Below are positions 23,952 through 36,051 of a DNA stretch of 64,000 nucleotides, one piece after another. A program made the translations under genes and the position numbers. Each line of letters starts with the position of its first letter. The stretch's first letter is position 1. The stretch spans positions 100,871,818 to 100,935,817 of the forward strand of contig NC_068986.1 in the NCBI RefSeq assembly GCF_001194135.2, given 5' to 3'. Under the pieces are notes generated by a model that saw only the letters and a list, made by a program, of their open reading frames with translations, did not search any database and was not told where the DNA came from. Source of the stretch: Octopus bimaculoides (Eukaryota).

Positions 23952-26749
23952 ATTTTATACATGTTTAATGAAACTGATTAGGAAAGAAAAAGAAAAGGAC
24001 ATTAACCATAGTTTGCAGAACAATACAAGGCCTCACGATTGAGTTTATATTACTCCTTATTTCTATTCATTTCTCTTGCTAAGTGTGTACATAAGATTGC
24101 AAGAAACTCAAGATTGTGTTAAAGGGAACGATGAACTAAGTTAAGAACTTTTCCCGATATCATTGATATTAACTTTCTAGCCGAGATCAGGTTTCTTGCA
24201 TAATGAATTATTTCATTAAGGATGCTTGGAGTAAACTGTGAAAATATAATCATTGGCTGTGTGAACTTAGAAATATTTCTTTTAAACATTGTGTTCTAAG
24301 AAATCCTAAACCATGATCATGACAATAAGTATTTCTACGTACGTCTGTATTGTAGTTGTGATGCTTGACATTGTTAGCGCTGCTTTCTAAACAATCAATA
24401 AATTAAAGGATCCTAATTCTATTATGTGAAGAAAATGAATTGGATTTTACAGCGCACTAAAGATAGCTGTGTATTTGTGTACGTGACGCCCTGCCTTTTG
24501 CAATCTCTTGATTTCCGTCTAATTATCTGTTCTAACATAAACCAATAAGTGCTGTGATTCTATGTTATCGAAATAGTCAAAGTGCGGAGAAAATACATTA
24601 TTTTCCCTTTGCTTTTTGTTTTATTTTATTAAATCTTGTTTAAGATTATTTCCAATCCCCACTGGCCGAATAGCGTTGGTTAATTAATACCACCCTCTTT
24701 CGCCATTACGTTATTGAATTATTTACTGTGTACCCCATAACACTCCATTATTCACAGAGACATAATTGCTCATTCTTTTTGTTCTCTGCAACATAAGTAT
24801 TATTGTTAGCTGCAATATTTTCTGCTTAACTCATGTTACTGTCGGTTTGTTTACTCAACGTTTCCTTGTCAACGGAGTGGATATTAATAAAATGCTTCAA
24901 CTATATGATCAACGAATTAAAATATTCCGCACTAGTTTTGATTTCGTTTATTTTAAAGGTTAACACATCTAGATCTTAGAATTCATCCATCTAGGAAGAC
25001 ATATTATTCGTAGACACCAGCCTAGAACCGCCACTCCTTATCCCTTTGCCTGGTAGAATTAGTAAACAAATATCTCTCAAATCACTTCTAACTATATTGC
25101 ACACATGAATTGCTGTAGTGTTTTTCCTACCACCCACAAAACGCGATGGTTATGACTGGAATGACTTTGATCTCAGGTTCATTCTATTAATGTTGATTTA
25201 GAGCTAAAAATCAACACATATATTATGAAGTAGTGCTTCTGGTTCGATAGAAAATCTGTTCGTTCTTAAATTTGTCACTCTCTTTCTTAATTGATCATGT
25301 TTGCTTAGTATTCCCTGACATACACGGCTTACATTACGAAACATTGTTTACAAGTAGCCACACATAGTGCTACACTAAGAACATTTAGAAGCACTGTTTT
25401 TCTCAATACAAAGCACAATTGAATCTTCTTTATATTTGATGTTAGTCTGAGAAATGATAAACTGAATATTGTAAAACCGTTTTAGAATTAATTAATTTTT
25501 TTTCTTGGAAGATAAAACAAATAACCTGAATGTTTTTTTCTTAATTACAATGTAAATTATGTTTAATTTATGGAAGATGATGAAAATAGAATAAGATAAA
25601 ATTAAATTAAATTAAAAATACCGTGATGTTATTATTTCCGCAAAAATTAATTAACCATAGTCAAGGTTCAGTTATTAAAACGGCGAAATATAAATGATTT
25701 TGCTAAAAGCAATAAATAATCTCAGTTATATTTGGGAATTTTAACGATACATAAAAGGAAATGTGTTATTGCTTTGAATAAATCTACGAATGAAAACATA
25801 AATATGTAGTGTTGTGTTTTATCGCAACGCACGTATAAACACAGTGACACGCAGGCACACGTACATTCATATATATTCATTTGTACAACTTAAACACACC
25901 ACATCTTTCCTTTATGTTTATAACAGTTGAAGTTGAATGAAGATACTGAAAAACAAATGAAAAAGTTGATAGAGCATATCAGTGTATCATCTCCTTTAGG
26001 TATTAAACATAGCTTTGAACGATGAATTTCCTCAAGCTATGTGTAAAAACAGTATTGAAGCTTCAAACCTAACACTGGCATTATCATTCGGTAGCATTAT
26101 GTCCTACGTTGAATTCCAGGTTGATTCAGAAACGACAGATGCACAACTTTAAATTCATTCTTATGTATGCATCATCGCGGCGTACCGGCAGATGGTTTTG
26201 ACGCTTACATATAGTCATAACAGGCTACTTATTTGGTACGTGATGTTGATAAACCACAAAAATGGCGAAAAATTTATATCCATCGATCCTGAATTGTATT
26301 TGGAGTGCGTTGCCTGTCAATGACTCCCGGCGATTTGAGAGAGTCAACTCCACTGTGTCAATTCGCAACCTACCAATGGACTAGCAAAGCACACATGTGC
26401 TCAAATCATTAAGTATCCGGGATGTTGCCGTAGTAACGAACCTAAAGCACACAGAGTAAAATCGCTTGGTACAGAATACTCATGCACTGTACTGTGCATG
26501 CGCACTATGTTTTAACATTCTACCTCATTCCACTCTCACATTATTCGATAAATTTCGAGCGATTAACTGTCGCTGGTCACGTAAAAGAGAGTGATATGTT
26601 ATATTAAATCTCCGAGAGAGATATAAACTGTAGCGGCACGCAAATGTAACATATAATTGTCAACTAAATGAGGCGTCCTAACCATGACAGAGCTACTGTT
26701 CTTTATAATCTCAGAAAAGTAGTAATCTGACACAGATTGTTTGTTGTTG

Positions 26750-26829
26750 GCCAGCTGGAGATATCTTCCTGGGGCTGTTAACAACAGTGGCACAGTCCTG
26801 CATAGGGCGCTACACTTAGTTGGCAAATA
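26750..26829. mobile_element. Right end of another copy of the 8611 MITE family
   Basis: gccagctggag..tcctggggct..aacagt...gttggcaaata reproduces the MITE terminus. No left TIR was found. Confidence 0.65.
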
Positions 26830-26910
26830 TATGTTATGATTCTGTACCGCTACTGTTTCTATCTCGGTCAGAAATTTAAAATAACACATCCCCCTTTTGT
26901 ATATACACAC

Positions 26911-27003
<93 letters not shown>

Positions 27004-27063
27004 CGTGTGTGTGTGTGTGTCTGTGTCTGTGTCTGTGTCTGTGTGTGCGTGCATGCGTGTTTT

Positions 27064-27103
<40 letters not shown>

Positions 27104-27150
27104 TGTTAAAATCTTAAATATATATATATATATATATGTGTGTATATATA

Positions 27151-27318
27151 TATATTCATTTTTGTGGCCTTGGTCAGCTTGTTGTCCTATGCCCATTTGC
27201 AGATTTGGGACATCACAGCAGCTGCCTTGCCAATGCGTATGGTGAGCTCGGCATCAAGGGGTAGGTTCTAGGTTACGGTAGAGCCTAGGGTGAGCCAAGA
27301 CAGGTAAACTCCTCCAGC
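27151..27318 (-). mobile_element. RTE-clade LINE, inverted 5' segment
   Basis: Minus strand reads EEFTCLGS/LGSTVT*NLPLDAELTIRIGKAAAVMSQICKWA*DNKLTKATKMNIY, matching RTE VDKFTYLGST...LDAEL..RIGKAA...KLT..TKM.VY. Confidence 0.88.
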
Positions 27319-27783
27319 TGTTGTAGTCTGAACTTTTACCAGGCATGGGAAACCTGGACGCCATACACACGCCAAGAGCCTCGCTTAAATATCTTTCATC
27401 TGCGCTGCCTCCGGAAAATACTTGGCTTCAAATGACAGGATCGTGTCCCCAACAAAGATGTCTTAAAGCAAGCAGGAATACCAACCATGTTTGCTCTCTT
27501 CACACAAAAACGTATGAGATGGCTTGGGCATGTTAGTATTATGGAAGATGGCAGGATCCCCAAGGACATACTCTATGCATAGCTTTCTAGGAGCACTAGG
27601 TTTGTGGGAAGACCGTTTTTACAGTACAAGGATATTCTGCAAAAGGGACAAGACAGCCTACGACATCAATATTCGCAAGTGGGAACCAGTTGCCAGCGGA
27701 GGGAACACAATGGATTGACAGATGGAGAGAGAAGAAATGGAAAGACAAGAAAAGACGACAACAAACTGACATTACAACCAGCG

Positions 27784-27820
<37 letters not shown>

Positions 27821-27900
27821 AAGTCTTCGCTGCATCTGCGTCACCTACCAGTGTAGTCCATTATAGGACTACACAGCCACAGTAGGAAATGTAAAGGACA
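27319..27900 (+). mobile_element. RTE-clade LINE, 3' end of ORF (degenerate)
   Basis: ETWTPYTRQEPRLNIFHLRCLRKILGFK*QDRVPNKDVLKQAGIPTMFALFTQKRMRWLGHVSIMEDGRIPKDILY...GRPFLQYKD...IIGLHSHSRKC. A (CCAG)n run lies at about 27778-27819. Confidence 0.92.
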
Positions 27901-28524
27901 ATATATATATATATATATATATACACACATTCATAATTGCACACACATAGTCGTGTATGTATATGCGTAAATATGTATGTGATGAGGGAAGGGAGCCTTC
28001 AGTACGTGACGGTGCATAAGAGTTCTGATCTTTGTCCCACATGTGTCCGGACATTGTATACACAAATACAGATTCACAAACACACACTCATATTCATAAA
28101 AAATCTAACGCAGACATATACACAATCACGTATATAAGATGCTATATCGTACTTGTCTTCACTCCCCGCAAAACGTTTTCAGTTATTTTGGTCTTTCTAG
28201 TCTGTTGTTGCATTGGGGATATCTTCTTTGCATGACAGTCTCGGATTGACTTCAGCTGCGCTAAACTTCTGTGAAAATATGCTAAAAAAAAATCCCCAAA
28301 AAATCCTCACAGTTTGATACTGTTTGATGACTCTAATATGGAGCAGTAGTCCAAACGACAGAATGCGAATTCATTTCCACAAGAGTAAATTAGTTTTATT
28401 TTCCTCTTGTTTTGGATTATCTTATTATTCAGCCAAGTGGTCGTATATATATTTTGCCACCTTCTTCTAATATGCTCAAACGCTCTTGCTGTCACTCACT
28501 CTTTCTCTCTCTCTCTCTCTCGCG

Positions 28525-28558
<34 letters not shown>

Positions 28559-29342
28559 CACACTCACTCATTCCCACACATATATATACACGCGCAACTT
28601 CGCACCTGCATAGATATGATAAATTGTGTGCCAGCGCATATAAGAAGTATCATTATTATATAATAGTTAACAGGTGTAATGCTGCTGCCATATTAATTTA
28701 ACTGCATCAGCGTTTCGAACATTCAGGATAATAAGTATATATATATANNNNNNNNNNNNNNNNNNNNNNNNNNNNNNNNNNNNNNNNNNNNNNNNNNNNN
28801 NNNNNNNNNNNNNNNNNNNNNNNNNNNNNNNNNNNNNNNNNNNNNNNNNNNNNNNNNNNNNNNNNNNNNNNNNNNNNNNNNNNNNNNNNNNNNNNNNNNN
28901 NNNNNNNNNNNNNNNNNNNNNNNNNNNNNNNNNNNNNNNNNNNNNNNNNNNNNNNNNNNNNNNNNNNNNNNNNNNNNNNNNNNNNNNNNNNNNNNNNNNN
29001 NNNNNNNNNNNNNNNNNNNNNNNNNNNNNNNNNNNNNNNNNNNNNNNNNNNNNNNNNNNNNNNNNNNNNNNNNNNNNNNNNNNNNNNNNNNNNNNNNNNN
29101 NNNNNNNNNNNNNNNNNNNNNNNNNNNNNNNNNNNNNNNNNNNNNNNNNNNNNNNNNNNNNNNNNNNNNNNNNNNNNNNNNNNNNNNNNNNNNNNNNNNN
29201 NNNNNNNNNNNNNNNNNNNNNNNNNNNNNNNNNNNNNNNNNNNNNNNNNNNNNNNNNNNNNNNNNNNNNNNNNNNNNNNNNNNNNNNNNNNNNNNNNNNN
29301 NNNNNNNNNNNNNNNNNNNNNNNNNNNNNNNNNNNNNNNNNN

Positions 29343-29378
<36 letters not shown>

Positions 29379-30741
29379 ATACAAATTCGTGTATTTATTG
29401 CATTCTCCGTATCAATGATAAAACTTTACTTTATGGTATTCCTCTGTAATAAATTCCCCTTAGATCTTCCAAGAATGTTTCACATAATTGATATAGAGTG
29501 CTTGGTTTGGAAAGAATTGTGCAACTTTTCAAACGGTAGCAAATAATTTACTTTCCAGAATGTTTTATCATTTGAATATACTACAACATTAAATTCTTAT
29601 TTCAGTACATTTCATTGAAACACACGAGATTCTCAGTATTTCTGTAACTGAAAACTGATATGCTTACTCATTTTAAAAGGAAACAACTAATTCCTGACCA
29701 TTTTCATTTTATTTTTGCTTATATATTGAAGTCTCATATCCATGTCAATTTTGTGACATATGCAGGACTATGTTCCCTTCGCGAGAGCAAAGTACTCATA
29801 GGGCGAGTGAGAATTTCACAGACACATATGCACCTATCGTTATACTCAAGTGCTGAATCAGGGCGGCGTAAACATATCCAGACTAGGCCTTCAAATTATA
29901 TGCACAGTCCTCTGACAGTTTCTACATAATTTACATCTACGCAGTTTAACTGATAATAAATGTTTCCCCAGGAGTTGATAGTAAATGTGTTTGTGCTAAA
30001 TGCTCCATAACTGAATCGAATCCATCACGAAATTCTTAACTATTTGATCTTCCATGCGTTTAGTTTACTAATATATCAATTCAATATCTATCTTCGCCAT
30101 TGTTTTGTATTTTTGATATATATGACATTAAATAGTATATTCTAGAACACATAGTGCAGTGCAAATAATATCTAATGGATTGAATCATAAATTATACGTG
30201 CTTTTCATTTGCCATGACATGGTGAAATGTTACTCCTTTACCCTAGGAAAGCGCATATTTTATTCCTAAATGACTTATTGCTTGTTTTTAATAGAAGTAG
30301 CACATGCTAACAACCCTGTGCGTTATAATTTTCTAATTAATAACTTGGGGAAACCCATCCACAAATGTATTTAGAGAATGTTAAATGTCAGGAATAACAC
30401 GCGTAAAGTAACTAAATACTTTTCTTTGTTCCCGATGCATTTAAAATTATGCTCATATATATATATGTCGTGGTTAAATGTCTATCAATATGTGTTAAGG
30501 TGAAGAAATGCGATAGGCAAGTGGATGCCTTTGAAGTAAACAAAGAAATGACGTCGATTCATAGTTAGAATAATTTATTTACTGTACTTGCATTTGTCTT
30601 TCGTATAGAATATTCTTCACTACATGTAATTGTTGACAACTGCTACGACTTGCTAGTAATAGAAACAGGACAGATCTGTGGAGGTGATATGTCAGAACTG
30701 AATATGTTTTCTTTGTGTCGGTAGGGGTGGGTGTGTGTGTA

Positions 30742-30774
<33 letters not shown>

Positions 30775-31414
30775 CGTTCATCTGAGAAAGTAGTCTGCCA
30801 TGAACCTTTCTATCTGCCATTGTGCCATGAACCTTTTAGTCTGTCTGCCAAAGCCTTTCTTGTCTGCGTCCTATGCCTTTCTGTCCGTCTCTCTGTTGAC
30901 CACGGTATATTATAACCGCTGTGGCAGCTAGAAGGACAGGCATACAGCAGCAGGGATTGTGCCTAAATAGGTCAGCTCCTGTCCATTTAAACTTCGCCTG
31001 ACATGGCTGAGGTAGTAGGACAAAGAGAGATTGATTTATCATTATTTTGACAGGACAAAGAGAACCTTTTTTTGCGCTCCTTCATCGTAGTGGTTTAGAC
31101 GACCGAGAATCCTTAAATTTGCTTTCGAATCTAAGCTTAGAGAAGGAAAACTTAAGTTTTACACGACCCCACTTCTAGTGAGATTGCCACAAAGATCGAA
31201 CAATATTAGAATAATATATATATAAATATATNNNNNNNNNNNNNNNNNNNNNNNNNNNNNNNNNNNNNNNNNNNNNNNNNNNNNNNNNNNNNNNNNNNNN
31301 NNNNNNNNNNNNNNNNNNNNNNNNNNNNNNNNNNNNNNNNNNNNNNNNNNNNNNNNNNNNNNNNNNNNNNNNNNNNNNNNNNNNNNNNNNNNNNNNNNNN
31401 ATATATATATATAT

Positions 31415-31560
31415 AGGGAGAATTCACAAAAAAAAACAACAGATGAAGACATGTGGCGTAGAAAACACATAGATGCATTAGTATAAGGCTCGGGGATTAA
31501 AAAAGTCTTTAAAGTTTCGAGCCTACACTCTTCCACAGAAAGGGGTACAGAAAGAAAAAA
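31415..31560 (-). mobile_element. Penelope-type terminal-repeat remnant with a hammerhead-like motif
   Basis: The reverse complement of 31507-31542 reads cttt CUGUGGA A gagu guag gcuc GAAA C UUU aaag, a minimal type-I hammerhead layout with a non-canonical core. The assignment to Penelope is inference. Confidence 0.5.
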
Positions 31561-32145
31561 GGATAGAAAAAAAGGAGAGAAAAAATATCTTTATATACAT
31601 ATACACATGCACACATATATTTACATATGGAATATATCGCTGCCTGTTCTTTTGTTTGACTTTCCTTTTATTGTACACCTTACGCAAAACAGACAATGAC
31701 GGGCAGTACAACACTCACTTACACCAGATAAGTATCGCCATGTGCCCTGACACATCATATTTTCCACCAAATAACATTATATGCCAAAGCAATTAAATCC
31801 TCTCTATTTTAGAAATAACCGGTCGGTCCTATGTATCGTTAAATATGACGCAAGTAGTTTTCTGCTGTAATCTAGGAACAAATATAGAAAACAAAATAAC
31901 CTTTATTCTTGTAACATATTGGCACTTAAATGCTTAATGTACACATCTTCGTATTCCACTCTAAAATTTAAACAGGCATACTTACAACCTCTCAAGGCAT
32001 ATTAAAGCATTCCCATTAAATATGATAGTTATAGCATAACATTATCATGTTACTTGTTGTCCAATATATAATCTCATAAACTGCAAAATTGATTTTAAGA
32101 CTACGGAGCGAAAACTTGCTTCATTCCTCTTTCGCTCTATGGTCT

Positions 32146-32217
32146 CTCCCCTTCTCGCTCTCCCCTTCTCGCTCTCCCCTTCTCGCTGTCCCCTTCTCGC
32201 TCTCCCCTTCTCGCTCT
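32146..32217. repeat. Minisatellite, 14-bp unit ctccccttctcgct x5
   Basis: Seen directly; one copy has a C-to-G change. Confidence 0.95.
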
Positions 32218-32774
32218 GTATATGAATATATATAATGGCTAAGACAGATATAAAATCCCAGCGGGTACCGTGCTTGCTCTTATCGTTTAACAAGCCAGGC
32301 TAAACTCCATGAATGTAGATAAAGTCCAGTTATTTAAATTTACTACACTCAGTTGATCTTCACTTCGGTAAAAACAGTTCTCATAATGACTGCAAAATGT
32401 CGGTAGAGAAGTAATCTTTGTTCTCCTGATAGTTATATATATATATATATATATATATATCATTCAACTCACTTATTATACCAAGAAGGATACTTAATTA
32501 TCGTTTTGTTACTTTAGAAACTAAGACAATATTCTTTTCTCTACAAACTGTTCTGGACTTCCAGAAGGATAGATTGGTTATGCATCTTCCACTTGGATGC
32601 TTATTCATTACTTTCTGTATATGTAAAATCAATTAAATTCATTAGCATGCTCAATATGTATTATCTATACCACGTACTTTCTTGATCTTTTTGTTGTGAC
32701 AACATCGTAAAATCAGGCTATCGTTGTTCAATAAGGATTCTGAAAATAACCATATATATTCAAAATTCATCAGA

Positions 32775-32945
32775 CCTCTGATATAACCCTCTAATTTTAG
32801 TACAAGGCCCGCAGTTCGGTGATAGGGAATGGCGTCAATTACATCGTCCCCAGTAGTGAAATTATGCATATTTTATCGCGCCCTGAATGAATGAAAGACA
32901 AAGTCAATAATAATGGCATTTGAACGCAGAATATAAAGAGCCATA
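32775..32945 (-). mobile_element. Old SINE family A copy (tail type 3)
   Basis: Diverged core: tacatcgtccccag...tttatcg..ccctgaatgaatgaaagacaaagtcaa...atttgaacgcagaa. Confidence 0.6.
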
Positions 32946-33875
32946 AGTACTAATTACCACCTTGCCCGGTACTGAAGCGATTATGTCCTTTCGCCGTTTT
33001 TAAGATCTCTACTATATAATCCTCTAATAACACTACTAGGGCGTTTGGATGGAATTTCGGCATACACAGAAAATGAGAAGTTAATTTTTTGTGAGCATTC
33101 AAAATGCTGCCTCGTGTTTTAACATTTTCCTCAAAGAATGGCACGATCTGATGGCACGTAAGTCTAACTTAGTCTTAATGCTGATATAAAGAAGAAATTA
33201 CGTAAAATAGTTTGTAGCATTGGAAAGATAAAACAATGGACGTTTTAGAAGTATGATCATTACTTCCATTACCAAATCTTTATTGATATCTTCCATTATT
33301 TTTCTGTATTTCAGTGAACACAATAAATAAAGAAAGAAATAAAAGCCACTTGTACGAAAATTACAGGTTAAGCATTATAGATAAATATATAGATAATAAA
33401 CACAATTCTAAAATTTATTGCTTTAAAATATTAATTTTATCAAGCACAGACAAAACTTGAAAATACAAAACAAATAAAAATGATGAGAAGTGAGATGTTA
33501 AAAAATACCTGATTGCAAACAACTGCTTTCATGAAATTAATGATTTATTTGCTCTCACCTATCTTATGGTTTTGTTGATATCTTTGTGTCTGATTTTTTG
33601 CTAGTTATTGTGGCCACGTTTGAAGTTCGACTCTGTTTGATATCATTTGGTAACAATTCATACTTTTACGATGTATCCGCTCCAGTCATTGTAGCATCTC
33701 TTATACTGATAGCATTTATTTATATTGGATATAAATTCGATTCCTTTCAGTATTAAAGGGAAATAATTCAAATCTCTGAGACCACAAATGGAGCCACATA
33801 TCGATAAATAATCGTTTCACTGAGGAAAGATTCAATTGCTTTTATTGGTCTATTTGGCGGTATCCCAGTATGAGG

Positions 33876-35280
33876 TCAAACTTCCAGAAAACTGACCACC
33901 CGGTTAGCTCGGCTGACAAATCCCGTATGTGTTAAATGAGCTAGCGCCCAGGTATTGCATTGGGACGGTAGTAATCTCTGCATGGTGGATGACCTCCGTT
34001 GGATTTGGAGGCCATATGCAGGGGTGATGACCAGGGACTGCTTGGTCGGCGAACTACGCCGTTCTCCCCTATTGTCAAACTCGGTCTTTGCGATTGAAAG
34101 TTTGTGTGATAATAGACGACGTGCACGGCTGAGCACTGCGGGGTCGGTAGTGGAGATGTGGTGTGTCAATCCGTGGTGAGCTGTAGGTTTGGAGAATGTC
34201 AGAGTAGTGGGCTGGGCGACTTACAGAAACATTCGAGAATTCGTACTTGGTCTGTGAAACAGTTGCTATGCAGGGGCGGCATGTGCAGGTGTTGTAACCG
34301 ACACGGATGCGTATATGTTGTTGTCTGGGAGTCGTCTTCCCTGCACATCTCGCAGTAGCATGTGTGCTCGAAGAACGTCTGCCTCGACTATGGTATGACG
34401 GACATCGGCGATGGTGAATACCCATGTGTATTTTTGTGAGCCGATGTTGAGAGAAAGTGTGCGACGACCTATGCCACGTTTGAGGGCCCATTGGCGACTG
34501 TTAAAGGTTGGCTCCGCTTTTCTTGACGGACGTCCCTTGCAGACGACAGGATTACACTGACTTCTGCTCTTGCGTTCGGTGCTCCAATCGCGGACATAGA
34601 GGAGCATTTGATCATGTCTGCCAGTCACCAGGGTGTTCAATGGTGAACGGGTCTCCAATCTGCGTGGTTGTTTGCACTTTGTCGCCTTTTTCCTGAACTT
34701 TGCGTGGTAGAAGCATAGGTCATCTTACTTAACCCTACCCTGTCTCGGGGACGACCCTATGGTGTTGACCATGACACCACTGGATAAAAGATGTTTGTTA
34801 GCTGCCCTCGCTAATTGCCGAAGGTCCTTGACTTCGGTCTGAGATATGAGGGCATGGACCTGATGTGGCAGCTTGCGGAAGAATATTTCCCTAAACAAAA
34901 AGGAAGGTGACTCCCGGGCGGGGGCGGGGTGCTAATGTCAATCACTTCCAAAGGCTTAGAAATGCCTAATTCCTCCTCCAGTATCTTGGCTGCCGCTTCT
35001 ACTTCACTTCGTCGGAATGTACCCACTAGCCTATTTTTTTCAATATGGCATATTATTGCGTTGGTGGGGGTTAAGTGAAAATGTCCAGCACCCTCGTTGC
35101 CGTATCTTCGTCTAGTGCCGTTACAACGTGCGATTACTTCGTTTGTCGGCCGTTCCCTTGTTTATATCGAAATGGGCTTCCACCCTCTTAGGCCAGAACT
35201 GTGGTAGCCTCAGTGTCGTTTTGTTGCCAGCCATGTTTGTTTCGATAGCAAGAGCTCTTGTTCTATTGTCGGGATCACCA
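33876..35280 (-). mobile_element. Ty3/Gypsy retrotransposon (CsRn1-like): PBS, gag, protease and 5' part of RT, degenerate
   Basis: gag: LRLPQFWPKRVEAHF, ELG.SKP.E and CFYHAKFRKKATKCKQP (CHCC knuckle-like). Protease: LLYVRDW...GRRTLSLNIG..KYTWVFTIADV...EADVL..HMLL.DV..RRL. RT: THHISTTDPAVLSRARRL..HKLSIAKTEFD, RPSSPWSSPLHM.SK.NG..PCRDY. PBS tggtgatcccgac at 35268-35280. Confidence 0.92.
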
Positions 35281-35512
35281 GTTATAGCTTTGTTAAACTG
35301 TTTGCAAACAAAGTAGTGAATACGAGAATACATTTATCAAAGGTTTATTACTTTACGTACATCATGGCTAAAGTCGCCAGTTATTTCTGTTTAGTTCATT
35401 CAGATTCGTTTGACACTCACTATTGAGTTTCTTTTGTTTTTCTTCTCCTACCGGAAGTACGTTTCGTGCCGACCAACTTTCTAGCTAGCCCGCAGCGAAG
35501 TTCCTGTCTACA
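35281..35512 (-). mobile_element. Probable 5' LTR of the CsRn1-like element
   Basis: Directly upstream of the PBS and contains AATAAA on the minus strand. Possible TGT starts at 35415 or 35512. There is no second LTR to confirm the boundary. Confidence 0.5.
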
Positions 35513-35847
35513 GATCGTCTGTCACCAATCCTGCTCTACAATCGCACTCTTGTATATTGCTTCGATAGGTAAGTTGCATCACCGCATGTTGTTTATTTTA
35601 ATCACACGATTGTTTTTCTGCGACAACATGCCTGAAAGTATACCTATATATCACATATTAGTGAAATATATCGGTATCCTGATCTAATTCACATTAGGGA
35701 CGAATTTTCTTTCAACTTTTTGGTGTTTCATAAATCCTGTTTGCCGATGATCACAGATATAACCCAACTTCTCAATGAGCTCGCTCGTACGCATCCGTCA
35801 TGTTTGTTATTCGCTGCGGAATCCATTATTATTATTGATGTTCTTGT

Positions 35848-36051
35848 TATTCTTTTCTACTCTAGGCCCACGGCCCGACAATTTGGGGGTGAGGGGGAAG
35901 TTGATTAGATCGACCCCAGTACGCAACTGGTACTTACTTTATCAACCTCGAAAGGATGAAAGGTAAAGTCGATCTCGGCGGGATTTGAATTCAGAACGTA
36001 AAGGCAGACGAAATATCCGGCGTGCTAACGATTCAGCCAGCTCACCTCCCT
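35848..36051 (-). mobile_element. SINE family A, tail type 1
   Basis: Colinear with the reverse complement of 6490-6697, with a short deletion in the head. Confidence 0.88.
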
